Below, in pieces: positions 35,701-43,222 of a stretch of DNA of 64,000 nt. The position numbers were made by a program, and so were the translations under genes. The stretch covers positions 1 to 64,000 of IMG/VR virus record IMGVR_UViG_3300045988_075599. One strand, 5' to 3'. Every line of letters begins with the position of its first letter. Within the stretch, counting starts at the first letter, position 1. This DNA is from a virus. The notes under the pieces are model-generated. The model was not told where the DNA came from, made no database searches, and saw nothing but the letters and a program-made list of their open reading frames with translations.

Positions 35701-35950
35701 CATAGCAGTTACTACCTGCCGCATTGATTTCATTCTTGCGTCCTGCAAGGTACATTGTTCTTCCGCCGAAGAAGAAAGTACCACTAGCTAACAGGCACTC
35801 AACCTTATCCCTAATGCTTTCGTCACAGATACTAGCTACCCTCTGACAAAATACAGCAGGGGATTCCATGTCATCCTTCGCATACTTAGCACGGAATACG
35901 TTGTATGCTACTTCATCTTTTGCCCAAAGCACTTCTTCATTGCACATCAT
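32795..35950 (-). CDS. nrdJ: ribonucleotide reductase, class II-like (B12-dependent), interrupted by an intein
   Basis: GGGVG motif. Extein junction TTNP|C..N|CAELPL recreates the NPC.E active-site motif. C-terminal CPECHSKN..CWQCDSCGASGC Zn-ribbon-like tail. Confidence 0.75.
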   Translation of the reverse strand: MMCNEEVLWAKDEVAYNVFRAKYAKDDMESPAVFCQRVASICDESIRDKVECLLASGTFFFGGRTMYLAGRKNEINAAGSNCYVVPIEDDTIEAIYEANKHMARIFSKGGGVGTDISILRPRNAKVNNAAKSSTGAVSFLDLFNETGNVISQHGRRGATMVSIDCSHPDIEELLDTKMKGDRLQSMNVSIKFTDEFMTAVDCDKPYTLKFDVESTGEHIEKTIKAREFFKKFCECQWNWGDPGALFIDEFNDYNLLSGYDNFHILTTNPCVRGDTLILTKYGYMPIETLADKEVEVWNGEEWSLTTPKLTGTDMPMLTVKFSDGSSVDCTYYHKWVLANGERIKAEDLTVGTKLAKCHLPVVGKDNASIDSTGSQMYTQGVYAGDGTTGRRSIALYDGKKHLINYIDSEDVKHEDRRDVVLVPKGVLKEKFYIPMSDTSISDRLNFLAGLIDTDGSRNSEDGSVSITSINKPFMDRLRLMLTTLGIHSTVSRVRAAADRLMPDGKGGYKKYHCQDCYRLTIASWYMNKLNKLGLHTHRVDTECYPNRDASRFITVVSISEAPMADKVYCMNEPKNHTFIANGMLTGNCAELPLGAWGSCNLGSINLAKFVHMRTGKFCWDSFIDTVHVAVRALNDALDYSYDKQPYEENRKYIRDWRPIGLGVFGYADMLVELGLEYGSDKALEFTRKLFHCLTNEAVKASALLCQDYFNTFGEYDYDKTADSKFFQSLDDDTKKCVKEHGLLNGQLISIAPTGSISLLAGRYTGGCEPIYKLYYERTTHKLEEQGKTFRVFSHSIEDLLARNELPMDTSAEDIKKMFPYVIESHDVEPIRRILTQATMQKYVDNSISSTVNLPESATPDDIFAIYDAAWQVGCKGITVFRDNCARGNILGLSKKEEKPTILHDSLKPERRGDIGTLVGKTYTQVMGDGTKLYITVNWKDDKLFEIFVNSERHKDEVDGITRLISLSMRCGVSIDAIIKQLFKLNADSVGFAVGMTLNDAYTLDSHEPIIQEVEVEDRPREMECPECHSKNVKLSGHCWQCDSCGASGCAV
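34190..35143 (-). mobile_element. intein (318 aa) with LAGLIDADG endonuclease domain
   Basis: Starts CVRGDTLIL (Cys at 35143..35141) and ends FIANGMLTGN (Asn at 34192..34190), with +1 Cys. Internal motifs YTQGVYAGDGT and NFLAGLIDTDGS. Codon positions verified by hand. Confidence 0.85.
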
Positions 35951-36156
35951 AATCTATCGCTAATCCCTTTCTTGTACTTAATTACTTTAATAGAATCGTC
36001 TGTCTTTGGCAGCGGGTACACATGTACTCGCAGGTCTTTGTTTGTCACGTTATCATCTACCAGTTTTTTTACTTCATCCTGGTCGCCAGCTAATCCCACG
36101 CATCTGGGCATGCCTCTGGAATCAAAGACAACAACCGCGTATCCGGTAAGTCGCAT
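35947..36156 (-). CDS. hypothetical protein (69 aa)
   Basis: GGAGG SD. Overlaps the upstream ORF end by 67 nt. Confidence 0.5.
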   Translation of the reverse strand: MRLTGYAVVVFDSRGMPRCVGLAGDQDEVKKLVDDNVTNKDLRVHVYPLPKTDDSIKVIKYKKGISDRL

Positions 36157-36755
36157 CCTCTAGCCTCCACTAATTCCTTAAAATATGGTAATCGTTTATA
36201 CATCCACGCACAGAAGTATCTCCATTCATCTAACTGATGATTGATTCTCTGCGTGTACATCGTCATAAGCTGTAAGTAATTCGTTGTTACTCTTGCTTCT
36301 TCCAACATACCGACTGGCACAGAATAGATTAACTCTTTCTTAATCTTAGGTGGCAGTGGTACTCCCTTGTACTTATCAAGCAGGTCTTCCCTGTACTTAA
36401 TAAAGGCATCAATCACTGGGCTCGTTGTACCAAGTGCGCCAACCTCACTCTGTGCAAAGTCGTATGGTGTCAAGACAAACTTTGGATTGGCGATGTTGTG
36501 CATGATGGACTGGCTCATGACAATCTGGAACCAGTGGTATCTCTGTGCCTGTTGCCACCACTTGACACTAGCAATAATAGAGAACTGAACATTCACACCC
36601 GTAAGCATATTAGCTTCACCGCTATTCAGTGGTTTAGATACAAGGCTCTTCATTACTGTCATGCCGCGGTCAGCACTCAGTTGTGAACCATACGACAACC
36701 CAATAGCCTTCGCCGATTCTTTCAGTCCTGTTACTTTCTCGTCCAGAATAATCAT
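36090..36755 (-). CDS. ThyX-like protein with degenerate active-site motif
   Basis: By eye, ..VQFSIIASVKWWQQAQRYHWFQIVMSQSIMH.. aligns to ThyX ..[30 protein letters not shown].. A later NYLQLMTMYTQR aligns to NARSLMNFLNLR. The RHR and S.RY arginines are replaced. Confidence 0.5.
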   Translation of the reverse strand: MIILDEKVTGLKESAKAIGLSYGSQLSADRGMTVMKSLVSKPLNSGEANMLTGVNVQFSIIASVKWWQQAQRYHWFQIVMSQSIMHNIANPKFVLTPYDFAQSEVGALGTTSPVIDAFIKYREDLLDKYKGVPLPPKIKKELIYSVPVGMLEEARVTTNYLQLMTMYTQRINHQLDEWRYFCAWMYKRLPYFKELVEARGCDLPDTRLLSLIPEACPDAWD

Positions 36756-36991
36756 TCTGTACCTACCTTCTTTCCTGCTCTATCAACTCTACCCTTATGT
36801 CTAGGGTTACGTCCAAATCTGAATGCGTGTAGTGGACAGTTGACATTACCACACTGAGCCACTTCATTCCTGTCATAGCATACACAATCAAGGCAGTGTA
36901 GCTTAATGGCTTTGAGTGGCGTTAGCTTACCGCTCGCAATCTCCTGTAACATCTTTGCTCTTCCTGCTTCTTCCTTACTAATCCTAGCCAT
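36752..36991 (-). CDS. small Zn-ribbon-like protein
   Basis: 79 aa with CLDCVCYD...CGNVNCPLH. Confidence 0.55.
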   Translation of the reverse strand: MARISKEEAGRAKMLQEIASGKLTPLKAIKLHCLDCVCYDRNEVAQCGNVNCPLHAFRFGRNPRHKGRVDRAGKKVGTE

Positions 36992-37000
36992 TCAAATCAC

Positions 37001-37411
37001 CTATTCCTTTTCTGTTTCGTATCTCGGTACGCCACGATTAAACGCTACGTTATTCTTCATATCAAAGTACACTCTGTTCAGGAACTTAATAGCTGCTTCA
37101 AGCAATCGAATCGCGTACTGTACTTCAGCTACCTTTTCCCAAGCACCCTGACATTCTTCATCCGTAAGGGTATGCCTATCACCTACTGCTACTTTGCTAC
37201 TATATTCCGATGACTTCTCGGCAGTCAGTGCCTTTGCTTTCTGTTCTGTGAGTGCAAGTTCTTTGTACATCCAAGCCACTCGACTATCGAAAGTTTCCAT
37301 CAGCGTAGACGCAGTAACCATCAGGCGATACGCACTAGCTGGGTCGTTGTCCTGTACAGTAGGGTACTTTTCCTTCACAGCGTTATACTGTTTCAGAAGT
37401 TCATCTTCCAT
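37001..37411 (-). CDS. hypothetical protein (136 aa)
   Basis: ORF track; helical. Confidence 0.5.
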   Translation of the reverse strand: MEDELLKQYNAVKEKYPTVQDNDPASAYRLMVTASTLMETFDSRVAWMYKELALTEQKAKALTAEKSSEYSSKVAVGDRHTLTDEECQGAWEKVAEVQYAIRLLEAAIKFLNRVYFDMKNNVAFNRGVPRYETEKE

Positions 37412-37420
37412 ATTGTCACC

Positions 37421-37699
37421 TCAATTATTCCACATGTCAGTGTAGATACTGTCATCAATCTCAGCCATCTTTTCAGTAGCCAACTCACCGTCACGAACCT
37501 TATCTTTCAGGTAGGATACGAACGCATCCTTTGCTTTGAGAAGATTCCGCCAACCCTCAAAGTCCTTCGGGTCACATGACAGGATGTTGGAAATAATAGC
37601 CTTGGTATACTGCTCATCGAAGTCGCCCAGTAATTCAAGCATCTTCTGAGCGTCATGCCCGAGCTGTTCGTTCAAGGCTAACTGCTGTTCCTCAGACAT
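37421..37699 (-). CDS. hypothetical protein (92 aa)
   Basis: ORF track. Confidence 0.5.
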   Translation of the reverse strand: MSEEQQLALNEQLGHDAQKMLELLGDFDEQYTKAIISNILSCDPKDFEGWRNLLKAKDAFVSYLKDKVRDGELATEKMAEIDDSIYTDMWNN

Positions 37700-37928
37700 C
37701 GAGCTTGTTAATTTCTACGGCATTCACTTTGGCGGCAAGTTTCATAAGCAGCTTCTGTGCATCTTCATACGTGTTGACGATAGCCAGAATCTGTCCACGA
37801 TTGGAACTATCTGGAATACCCATCAGCATATACCCAGTAACCTCATTGTTTTCCTTGTCTTTCATTGCCTTAATGTACAGGTCTACAACTCTCATCATTT
37901 TGTTTTCTTTGTCGGATACTACAAACAT
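37692..37928 (-). CDS. hypothetical protein (78 aa)
   Basis: Track ORF trimmed to the ATG at 37928 with an AAAGGG SD. Confidence 0.5.
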   Translation of the reverse strand: MFVVSDKENKMMRVVDLYIKAMKDKENNEVTGYMLMGIPDSSNRGQILAIVNTYEDAQKLLMKLAAKVNAVEINKLDV

Positions 37929-37929
37929 A

Positions 37930-38421
37930 TTAAACACCCTTTGCCTTTCTGCAATCATAGAAGATATCATACACATCTTCTCTCACACAATAAATGTTAT
38001 CCCTATAGTTATAACCTAAGACAACTATGTGGCTGTTGTCTTGGTTGAAAAAATTATGTAACCACTTGTTGCGCTTGTCCTCTTTCTCTACGATGTTTAT
38101 CTTACCGCCACACAAGTAAGATAAGAAAGCCTCGTCGCTCATCATGTAACAGAAACCTTTATAGTGGTAGCAGTCTACGTCGGGTAACTCATTAAAGAGT
38201 TTCTCATGCGTAGACATATGCTTACATTCGATAAGGTACTTCTCGTCCTTAATCTCTACCTGTAAGTCAGCCGCCAAGCTACTACGTAGGCAAGGGATTA
38301 AACCGCTGGACTTGAGTGCGCCACTCATCGGTGTCTTGTAGACAGGCAAACCCATGGCAATCATTCGAGCCAGTACCCTACGTTCAAACGTCCTACCACT
38401 ACGTCGGTTTCGTTTACCCAT
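37930..38421 (-). CDS. Holliday-junction-resolvase-like PD-(D/E)XK nuclease (Hjc-like)
   Basis: Trimmed to the ATG at 38421, which overlaps the upstream stop (AATGGGTAA). Motif series GRTFERRV...SG...ADLQV..IECKH. Confidence 0.5.
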   Translation of the reverse strand: MGKRNRRSGRTFERRVLARMIAMGLPVYKTPMSGALKSSGLIPCLRSSLAADLQVEIKDEKYLIECKHMSTHEKLFNELPDVDCYHYKGFCYMMSDEAFLSYLCGGKINIVEKEDKRNKWLHNFFNQDNSHIVVLGYNYRDNIYCVREDVYDIFYDCRKAKGV

Positions 38422-38914
38422 TGCGACTCTTAGTGGGTCTTTTCGGCGTGTCACATGTACACTCCTCTCCATAATAACTATACACTTCTTTATCCTTGAG
38501 CGCATAGAGTGCCATCAAATCGTACACGATGCAGTCGATAAGTTTACCTTCTACATCGTAACAGCTAATGCCATTACGGAGAAGAACAAGGTCATTCTTG
38601 TCTTTCATAATTAAGATGGTACGCAGTACGTCATCCCTCGTTGGCATTCCTCCGACACGTCTAGCAGCTGCCTTGTATACGGCGTCGAGGATGTTGCCGT
38701 TACCAACATGCTCTTCTGCCTCCATTACAATTCTGTCGAGGATATCATCATACAGGTCTGCTACGAAATCGTAGTACGCATACAGGTCATTCGGTACTGA
38801 CTTATCCTCATCAACTACACCATCGTTCTGCTCGTCCTTAGTCGCGTAAAGATTTGCAAGAGCAGGTGCTACAATAGCCATGAGCTTCAGATAGTCAGGC
38901 TTATCAATTCGCAT
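38414..38914 (-). CDS. hypothetical protein (166 aa)
   Basis: ORF track. Confidence 0.5.
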   Translation of the reverse strand: MRIDKPDYLKLMAIVAPALANLYATKDEQNDGVVDEDKSVPNDLYAYYDFVADLYDDILDRIVMEAEEHVGNGNILDAVYKAAARRVGGMPTRDDVLRTILIMKDKNDLVLLRNGISCYDVEGKLIDCIVYDLMALYALKDKEVYSYYGEECTCDTPKRPTKSRNG

Positions 38915-39131
38915 TCTCTTTTACCTTTCCTTTCCCAGTGTACTTGTTAAGCACTCTTACGACATCAGCTACCTGTTCGTGTTCTTCAATGCCAAGGATT
39001 GTCAGAAGTCCACCAAGCAGTACCTTTGCCGCACCATTACCATCCATGTTAGTGTCAAACACGATGTCAGCACTGCCGTCTTCTACGTCTTTCCACGTTA
39101 CTGTTACTGTCTTAGTTGATGTGTCCTGCAT
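38904..39131 (-). CDS. hypothetical protein (75 aa), paralog of next gene
   Basis: ORF track. Shares a D..(F/V)D(T/S)...A..LLG.L pattern with 39112..39372. Confidence 0.5.
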   Translation of the reverse strand: MQDTSTKTVTVTWKDVEDGSADIVFDTNMDGNGAAKVLLGGLLTILGIEEHEQVADVVRVLNKYTGKGKVKENAN

Positions 39132-39372
39132 GTTTGTATTTCCTTTCGCTCTTAAAATCTTCTACCATATCCGCCATCGTTTCAAAGATTTTGGTAGCTT
39201 CATCTTCTGTCATTTCGTATGTAGCCATCAGTCCAAGGAACAATGCGGTAGCAGTCATCGGCGTTTCTACATCAGAGTCTACTTTAATATCTACGCCCTG
39301 ACTAGAAAGTGTAGCTTTTACTGCAACGTTCATTTCCTTTTTGTCGTTAAGTTTGTATGTTACGTTATTCAT
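39112..39372 (-). CDS. hypothetical protein (86 aa)
   Basis: ORF track. Confidence 0.5.
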   Translation of the reverse strand: MNNVTYKLNDKKEMNVAVKATLSSQGVDIKVDSDVETPMTATALFLGLMATYEMTEDEATKIFETMADMVEDFKSERKYKHAGHIN

Positions 39373-39373
39373 T

Positions 39374-40285
39374 TTATGTCTCCTTCATGTTTGCATATGG
39401 GCATCTATCTTTTACGTTACAGAACCTCTCACATTTCATACCTCCCCAACGCTCTCTGTAACTACACTGCTTTGGAAGTAACCCTGTCTCCATCGCGTGT
39501 ACTAAGTTATCTGCTTTCGCTTTCATGTATTTGCTAACCCAGTGGTCGCTAATCTTGTTTACTTCTACCAGATAGGCTGGCTGCATAACGCCACGGGATT
39601 CAGCCATATAAGTATTACCATCGCGAACAATCATCTCGCATATCATCTTCTTCGCCGTCTTACCCAGACACTTCTGTAGCTTCATGCGATAATCATTCAG
39701 CTGGATTGCGAGGTCAAGTCTACCGCTACCATGTACTCCATCATACGTGAAGTACGTTCTGTACTTTGGCTTACCGTTCTTGTATAAACCAACCTGTTCC
39801 TTATGCTTTACAGCACCAAGAACCTTAGCCGCTTTATAACTCCCGTAGGTTTTGTCATCGTACAGGTAGCCAGTGTTCTCCTCATCAGTTGCTTCTTCAT
39901 CGAAATAATCAAACGCACCAGTAGAAACTCCATCGTCTAACCGTTTCTCCGTCATTGCATTTCCTTCTGTGTTATCTTCCAGTGCTTCGTGTACTGTAGT
40001 ACCATACAATGCGAACACCGACTGCATCGGGTCAATCGTGTATGGCTCTGTCAGTTTCAAGTATTCTTCCAGCGTACCGTTCAGTAGCTGTGTTGTACTA
40101 GGTCTGCCAGTCCATCTACGTTCAGCGGCGATAGCTAACAGTGCTCGCCTAGATAAGCATCGACCGCATGGTACGTATGGCATACCAGTTGTAGGGTTCA
40201 GCTTACCCTCTAATCGGCAGTGCTTCAAGCATTCATTCACTGGACATTCTCTTCCATCTGGGCATCTGTAATGTGTAAGTGGCAT
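39374..40285 (-). CDS. Cas4/RecB-like PD-(D/E)XK exonuclease with Cys cluster
   Basis: N-terminal Cys residues, a QLNDYRMKL (Q..Y) motif, and C-terminal CSYRERWGGMKCERFCNVKDRC. Confidence 0.6.
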   Translation of the reverse strand: MPLTHYRCPDGRECPVNECLKHCRLEGKLNPTTGMPYVPCGRCLSRRALLAIAAERRWTGRPSTTQLLNGTLEEYLKLTEPYTIDPMQSVFALYGTTVHEALEDNTEGNAMTEKRLDDGVSTGAFDYFDEEATDEENTGYLYDDKTYGSYKAAKVLGAVKHKEQVGLYKNGKPKYRTYFTYDGVHGSGRLDLAIQLNDYRMKLQKCLGKTAKKMICEMIVRDGNTYMAESRGVMQPAYLVEVNKISDHWVSKYMKAKADNLVHAMETGLLPKQCSYRERWGGMKCERFCNVKDRCPYANMKET

Positions 40286-42270
40286 TAGTCTTCATCCTCG
40301 CAATCTTCCAACATACTCTTGTCTCTGTCCCACTTCATCATGAATCTAGTAGAACCTAACTGATAACCTCTGACTTTCGCTAGATTAAATCGTGTAACGC
40401 CGTGCCATTTCTGCTCTGCTTCAAGCCCAATGCCTGGTCTCAGGTCTGGTCTCCACATGAGTAAGCAGATGTCAGCACTCGCCTCGATATCACCAGCTCC
40501 TTTCAGTAGGTTCATAGTTGGTTCTTCGTACTGATTACTCTGACGATTAAGCTGGCTCAACATTACGAAGATTAAGTCTTTGTCTTTCGCGATTCTCTTC
40601 ATCGCCTTTGCCTGTTGAGCAGCCCCGTCATACTCCTCAGTACCTTTCAGGTATTGGAAATAGTCACAGACAACCATGTCTACTGGTCTATCGAACAACC
40701 CTTTGGCGTTGATAGCTGAGATAGTTCTATCAATCTCATCCATGGTTACTCCGTTCTTATCTATAATTATAAGCCTATTTCCAATTTTGTCAAGTTGTTT
40801 TTTTATTTCTTCGGAGTTAGCAAAGTGTTCTCGTACCTGATAGAACGGACAGCCAATCAACTTAGCAAGAATCCATTCAAGTACATTACCCTTACTCATC
40901 TCCTGCGAAAAGAATACAACTCGCATGTCATTGTGTAAGATACTCTTTAAGATATAGTCGATAGCGAAAGAAGTTTTACCGCTTCCGCTATACGCTCCCA
41001 CGACAACCACCTGTCCTTTCATAATACCGCCAACACAGTTATCAATACCAGCGATGCCAGTCTTGAATATACCTTTCTCGTACAGTTTGCCAAGGTCTCC
41101 TAAGCAATCGTACAAGGTAGCCGCACTGTCGGTTAAAGAATCTACTTCATCGCCGTCAAGGTCGAACGCATCTTTCAAATCGGTTGCGTCTTTACCCCAA
41201 CGCTTTGCTAGAATATCAACCAAGTCCGCCTTTACCATCTGGTTCTTTACAGTTTTCATAAACTCTATAGCGTATGAATACTGGTCTTCGATGGAATTAC
41301 ATTCGTCCAACTTACGGACAAGAACAAACTGGTCGATGTATACTGTCGGTAATCCCTTAACGTCTACGCCATTGACTAGCGCATCGTTCATGTCCTTACA
41401 CCCATCGGGCAACGGGCAAACCCTGACGTTAAAGTTTGTTATACTATTGAACCTTTCACGAACTCTGTCGATATGTTTCAATCCAGCTTCGTCCATGTCT
41501 GGCACCAGTATAATCTGCGTGTTGGGTGGTACGGTCTTATTCAATAACTGAATCTGTTCCTTACCAATTTCCGCTCCACAATATCCAGCGGTGGGTAATC
41601 CCATTTCAGTACCAGACATTACGTCGAAGTACCCTTCCACCAGATAAAGAATACCACCACCAATCTTGCGAGATACGTTCAAGCCATATAGTGTTTCACT
41701 CTTGTCAAACACCTCACTGTTCTTTGAGTTCTTGTACTTGTATTTCGCATTGAAGTATCGCTTAGCGATAGCGACTGGCTGGTCGTTGACATTATAAATC
41801 GGAATAACCAAACTACCAGATGCTTGCTTATCTGCACCGAGATGGAATAGCCTAGCTACCTCTTCTCCGATTCCTCTCTTGCTCAGATAACTCTGAAGCT
41901 CTTCGTTCGATTCAAGATTGCGGCTGGCTGTCACCACTCTATGTCTATAGTCCTGAATCAAATCTCTCTGTCTTACGTATTCCGCATTAGTTGACACATC
42001 AATGTTCAACATGTCAGCTAGCTTTTCAGTAGCGGCTTCGTATGTTATGTGCTCGTATTCGGCAACAAAGTTAATTACATTACCGCAAGCTCCGCACGAG
42101 AAACAGTAGAATGTTCCGTGCGGAAACACGGTAAATGCAGAAGCATTCTCTCCGCCATGGATGGGGCAAGCCCCTCTCCAAGTGTTGCCTGTTCTCTTGA
42201 GTGTTGTGTACTGACTAACATAATCTGCCAAATCTACTTTCGCTCTGATAACACTTTCGAGATTACTCAC
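40285..42270 (-). CDS. bifunctional DnaG-type primase / DnaB-like helicase
   Basis: CHC2 zinc finger CPIHGGENASAF..FYCFSCGACGN, a TOPRIM-like centre, and C-terminal Walker A GAYSGSGKTSFA. Confidence 0.85.
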   Translation of the reverse strand: MSNLESVIRAKVDLADYVSQYTTLKRTGNTWRGACPIHGGENASAFTVFPHGTFYCFSCGACGNVINFVAEYEHITYEAATEKLADMLNIDVSTNAEYVRQRDLIQDYRHRVVTASRNLESNEELQSYLSKRGIGEEVARLFHLGADKQASGSLVIPIYNVNDQPVAIAKRYFNAKYKYKNSKNSEVFDKSETLYGLNVSRKIGGGILYLVEGYFDVMSGTEMGLPTAGYCGAEIGKEQIQLLNKTVPPNTQIILVPDMDEAGLKHIDRVRERFNSITNFNVRVCPLPDGCKDMNDALVNGVDVKGLPTVYIDQFVLVRKLDECNSIEDQYSYAIEFMKTVKNQMVKADLVDILAKRWGKDATDLKDAFDLDGDEVDSLTDSAATLYDCLGDLGKLYEKGIFKTGIAGIDNCVGGIMKGQVVVVGAYSGSGKTSFAIDYILKSILHNDMRVVFFSQEMSKGNVLEWILAKLIGCPFYQVREHFANSEEIKKQLDKIGNRLIIIDKNGVTMDEIDRTISAINAKGLFDRPVDMVVCDYFQYLKGTEEYDGAAQQAKAMKRIAKDKDLIFVMLSQLNRQSNQYEEPTMNLLKGAGDIEASADICLLMWRPDLRPGIGLEAEQKWHGVTRFNLAKVRGYQLGSTRFMMKWDRDKSMLEDCEDED

Positions 42271-42281
42271 AACATCACTCC

Positions 42282-43058
42282 TTATCCCTGAACCATTACC
42301 TGCATCGCTTCTCTAAGTTTCGGGTCTAACCTATTCATGTTACTCAGACACCACTGCATATATTCTTTCGGTACTTCACTAAGGTGTTTGCCTTTATGTT
42401 TACCGAACGGGAATACCATGTCGCCTACTGTGGAAGCTCCGTTGTCTTCTGTAAATGGGTTCTCTTCATCAAGCGATGTAACAAAGTCATCGAATGAATT
42501 TGTAACCATCGCGTCATCCATAGGTGCATTACTTGTCTCTGGCTCCTGTTGTACATATCCTTCTGGCAATGCCCACAGAGGGAGATTCGGTTTACGAATT
42601 ACATTACCCCAGTTATCAATCGGTGCCCATGTTGTAGGCAGGTCATACAGGTATCTGCCAATACCCCACGCTGATGCAGCTCGCTTAAATGCACCAGACA
42701 GACCGCCCTTAAATGCTTCAAAGTCTGTGAGGTTTGCACCATCTTCTCTGGTGTACTTCTCTCCACCACTATAGAGTGTGATTGCACAGATAAAACCCTT
42801 GATAGGTTCTTCGGTATCGAACCCACGACGCTGGCGTTTGACTGTACCCATGTCGATTGGTCTATAGTCTACGCTCCACCCATCAATCATATTACGGTCT
42901 ACTACTTCGTCAAGTCTATTAGCAATAGCTCGTGCGTCAATGTACGCCATAGCCATGCCTTTAGTACCGTCCTTACTCTTCTTCTGAATACGCCATTCAA
43001 CATCCTTTGGGTCAAAAGGTTTCTTTAATTCTTTGAGTACGTCTGCAAATAATGCCAT
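42282..43058 (-). CDS. Rad52/Sak-like single-strand annealing protein with DUF3820-like C-terminus
   Basis: AMAYIDARAIANRLDEV...DGWSV motif. C-terminal FPFGKHKGKHLSEVPKEYMQWCL. Confidence 0.65.
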   Translation of the reverse strand: MALFADVLKELKKPFDPKDVEWRIQKKSKDGTKGMAMAYIDARAIANRLDEVVDRNMIDGWSVDYRPIDMGTVKRQRRGFDTEEPIKGFICAITLYSGGEKYTREDGANLTDFEAFKGGLSGAFKRAASAWGIGRYLYDLPTTWAPIDNWGNVIRKPNLPLWALPEGYVQQEPETSNAPMDDAMVTNSFDDFVTSLDEENPFTEDNGASTVGDMVFPFGKHKGKHLSEVPKEYMQWCLSNMNRLDPKLREAMQVMVQG

Positions 43059-43060
43059 GT

Positions 43061-43147
43061 TTATTCTCCTTTGTCATGTAAAAATGTATGAGAAATCATA
43101 ATACCAATAATAGCTCCGAGCAGTGAGCCGATAAATGTTCCAATCAT
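43061..43147 (-). CDS. micro-ORF, hydrophobic peptide (28 aa), not in ORF track
   Basis: GAAGGGGG SD. Translation MIGTFIGSLLGAIIGIMISHTFLHDKGE. Its stop lies 2 nt before the Rad52-like ATG. Confidence 0.4.
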   Translation of the reverse strand: MIGTFIGSLLGAIIGIMISHTFLHDKGE

Positions 43148-43222
43148 CTTGTCACCCCCTTCACTGTAAACAGTATACCACACTTCAACCAAGTTGTCAA
43201 GCAGTTTATTTCTAAACTTTTC

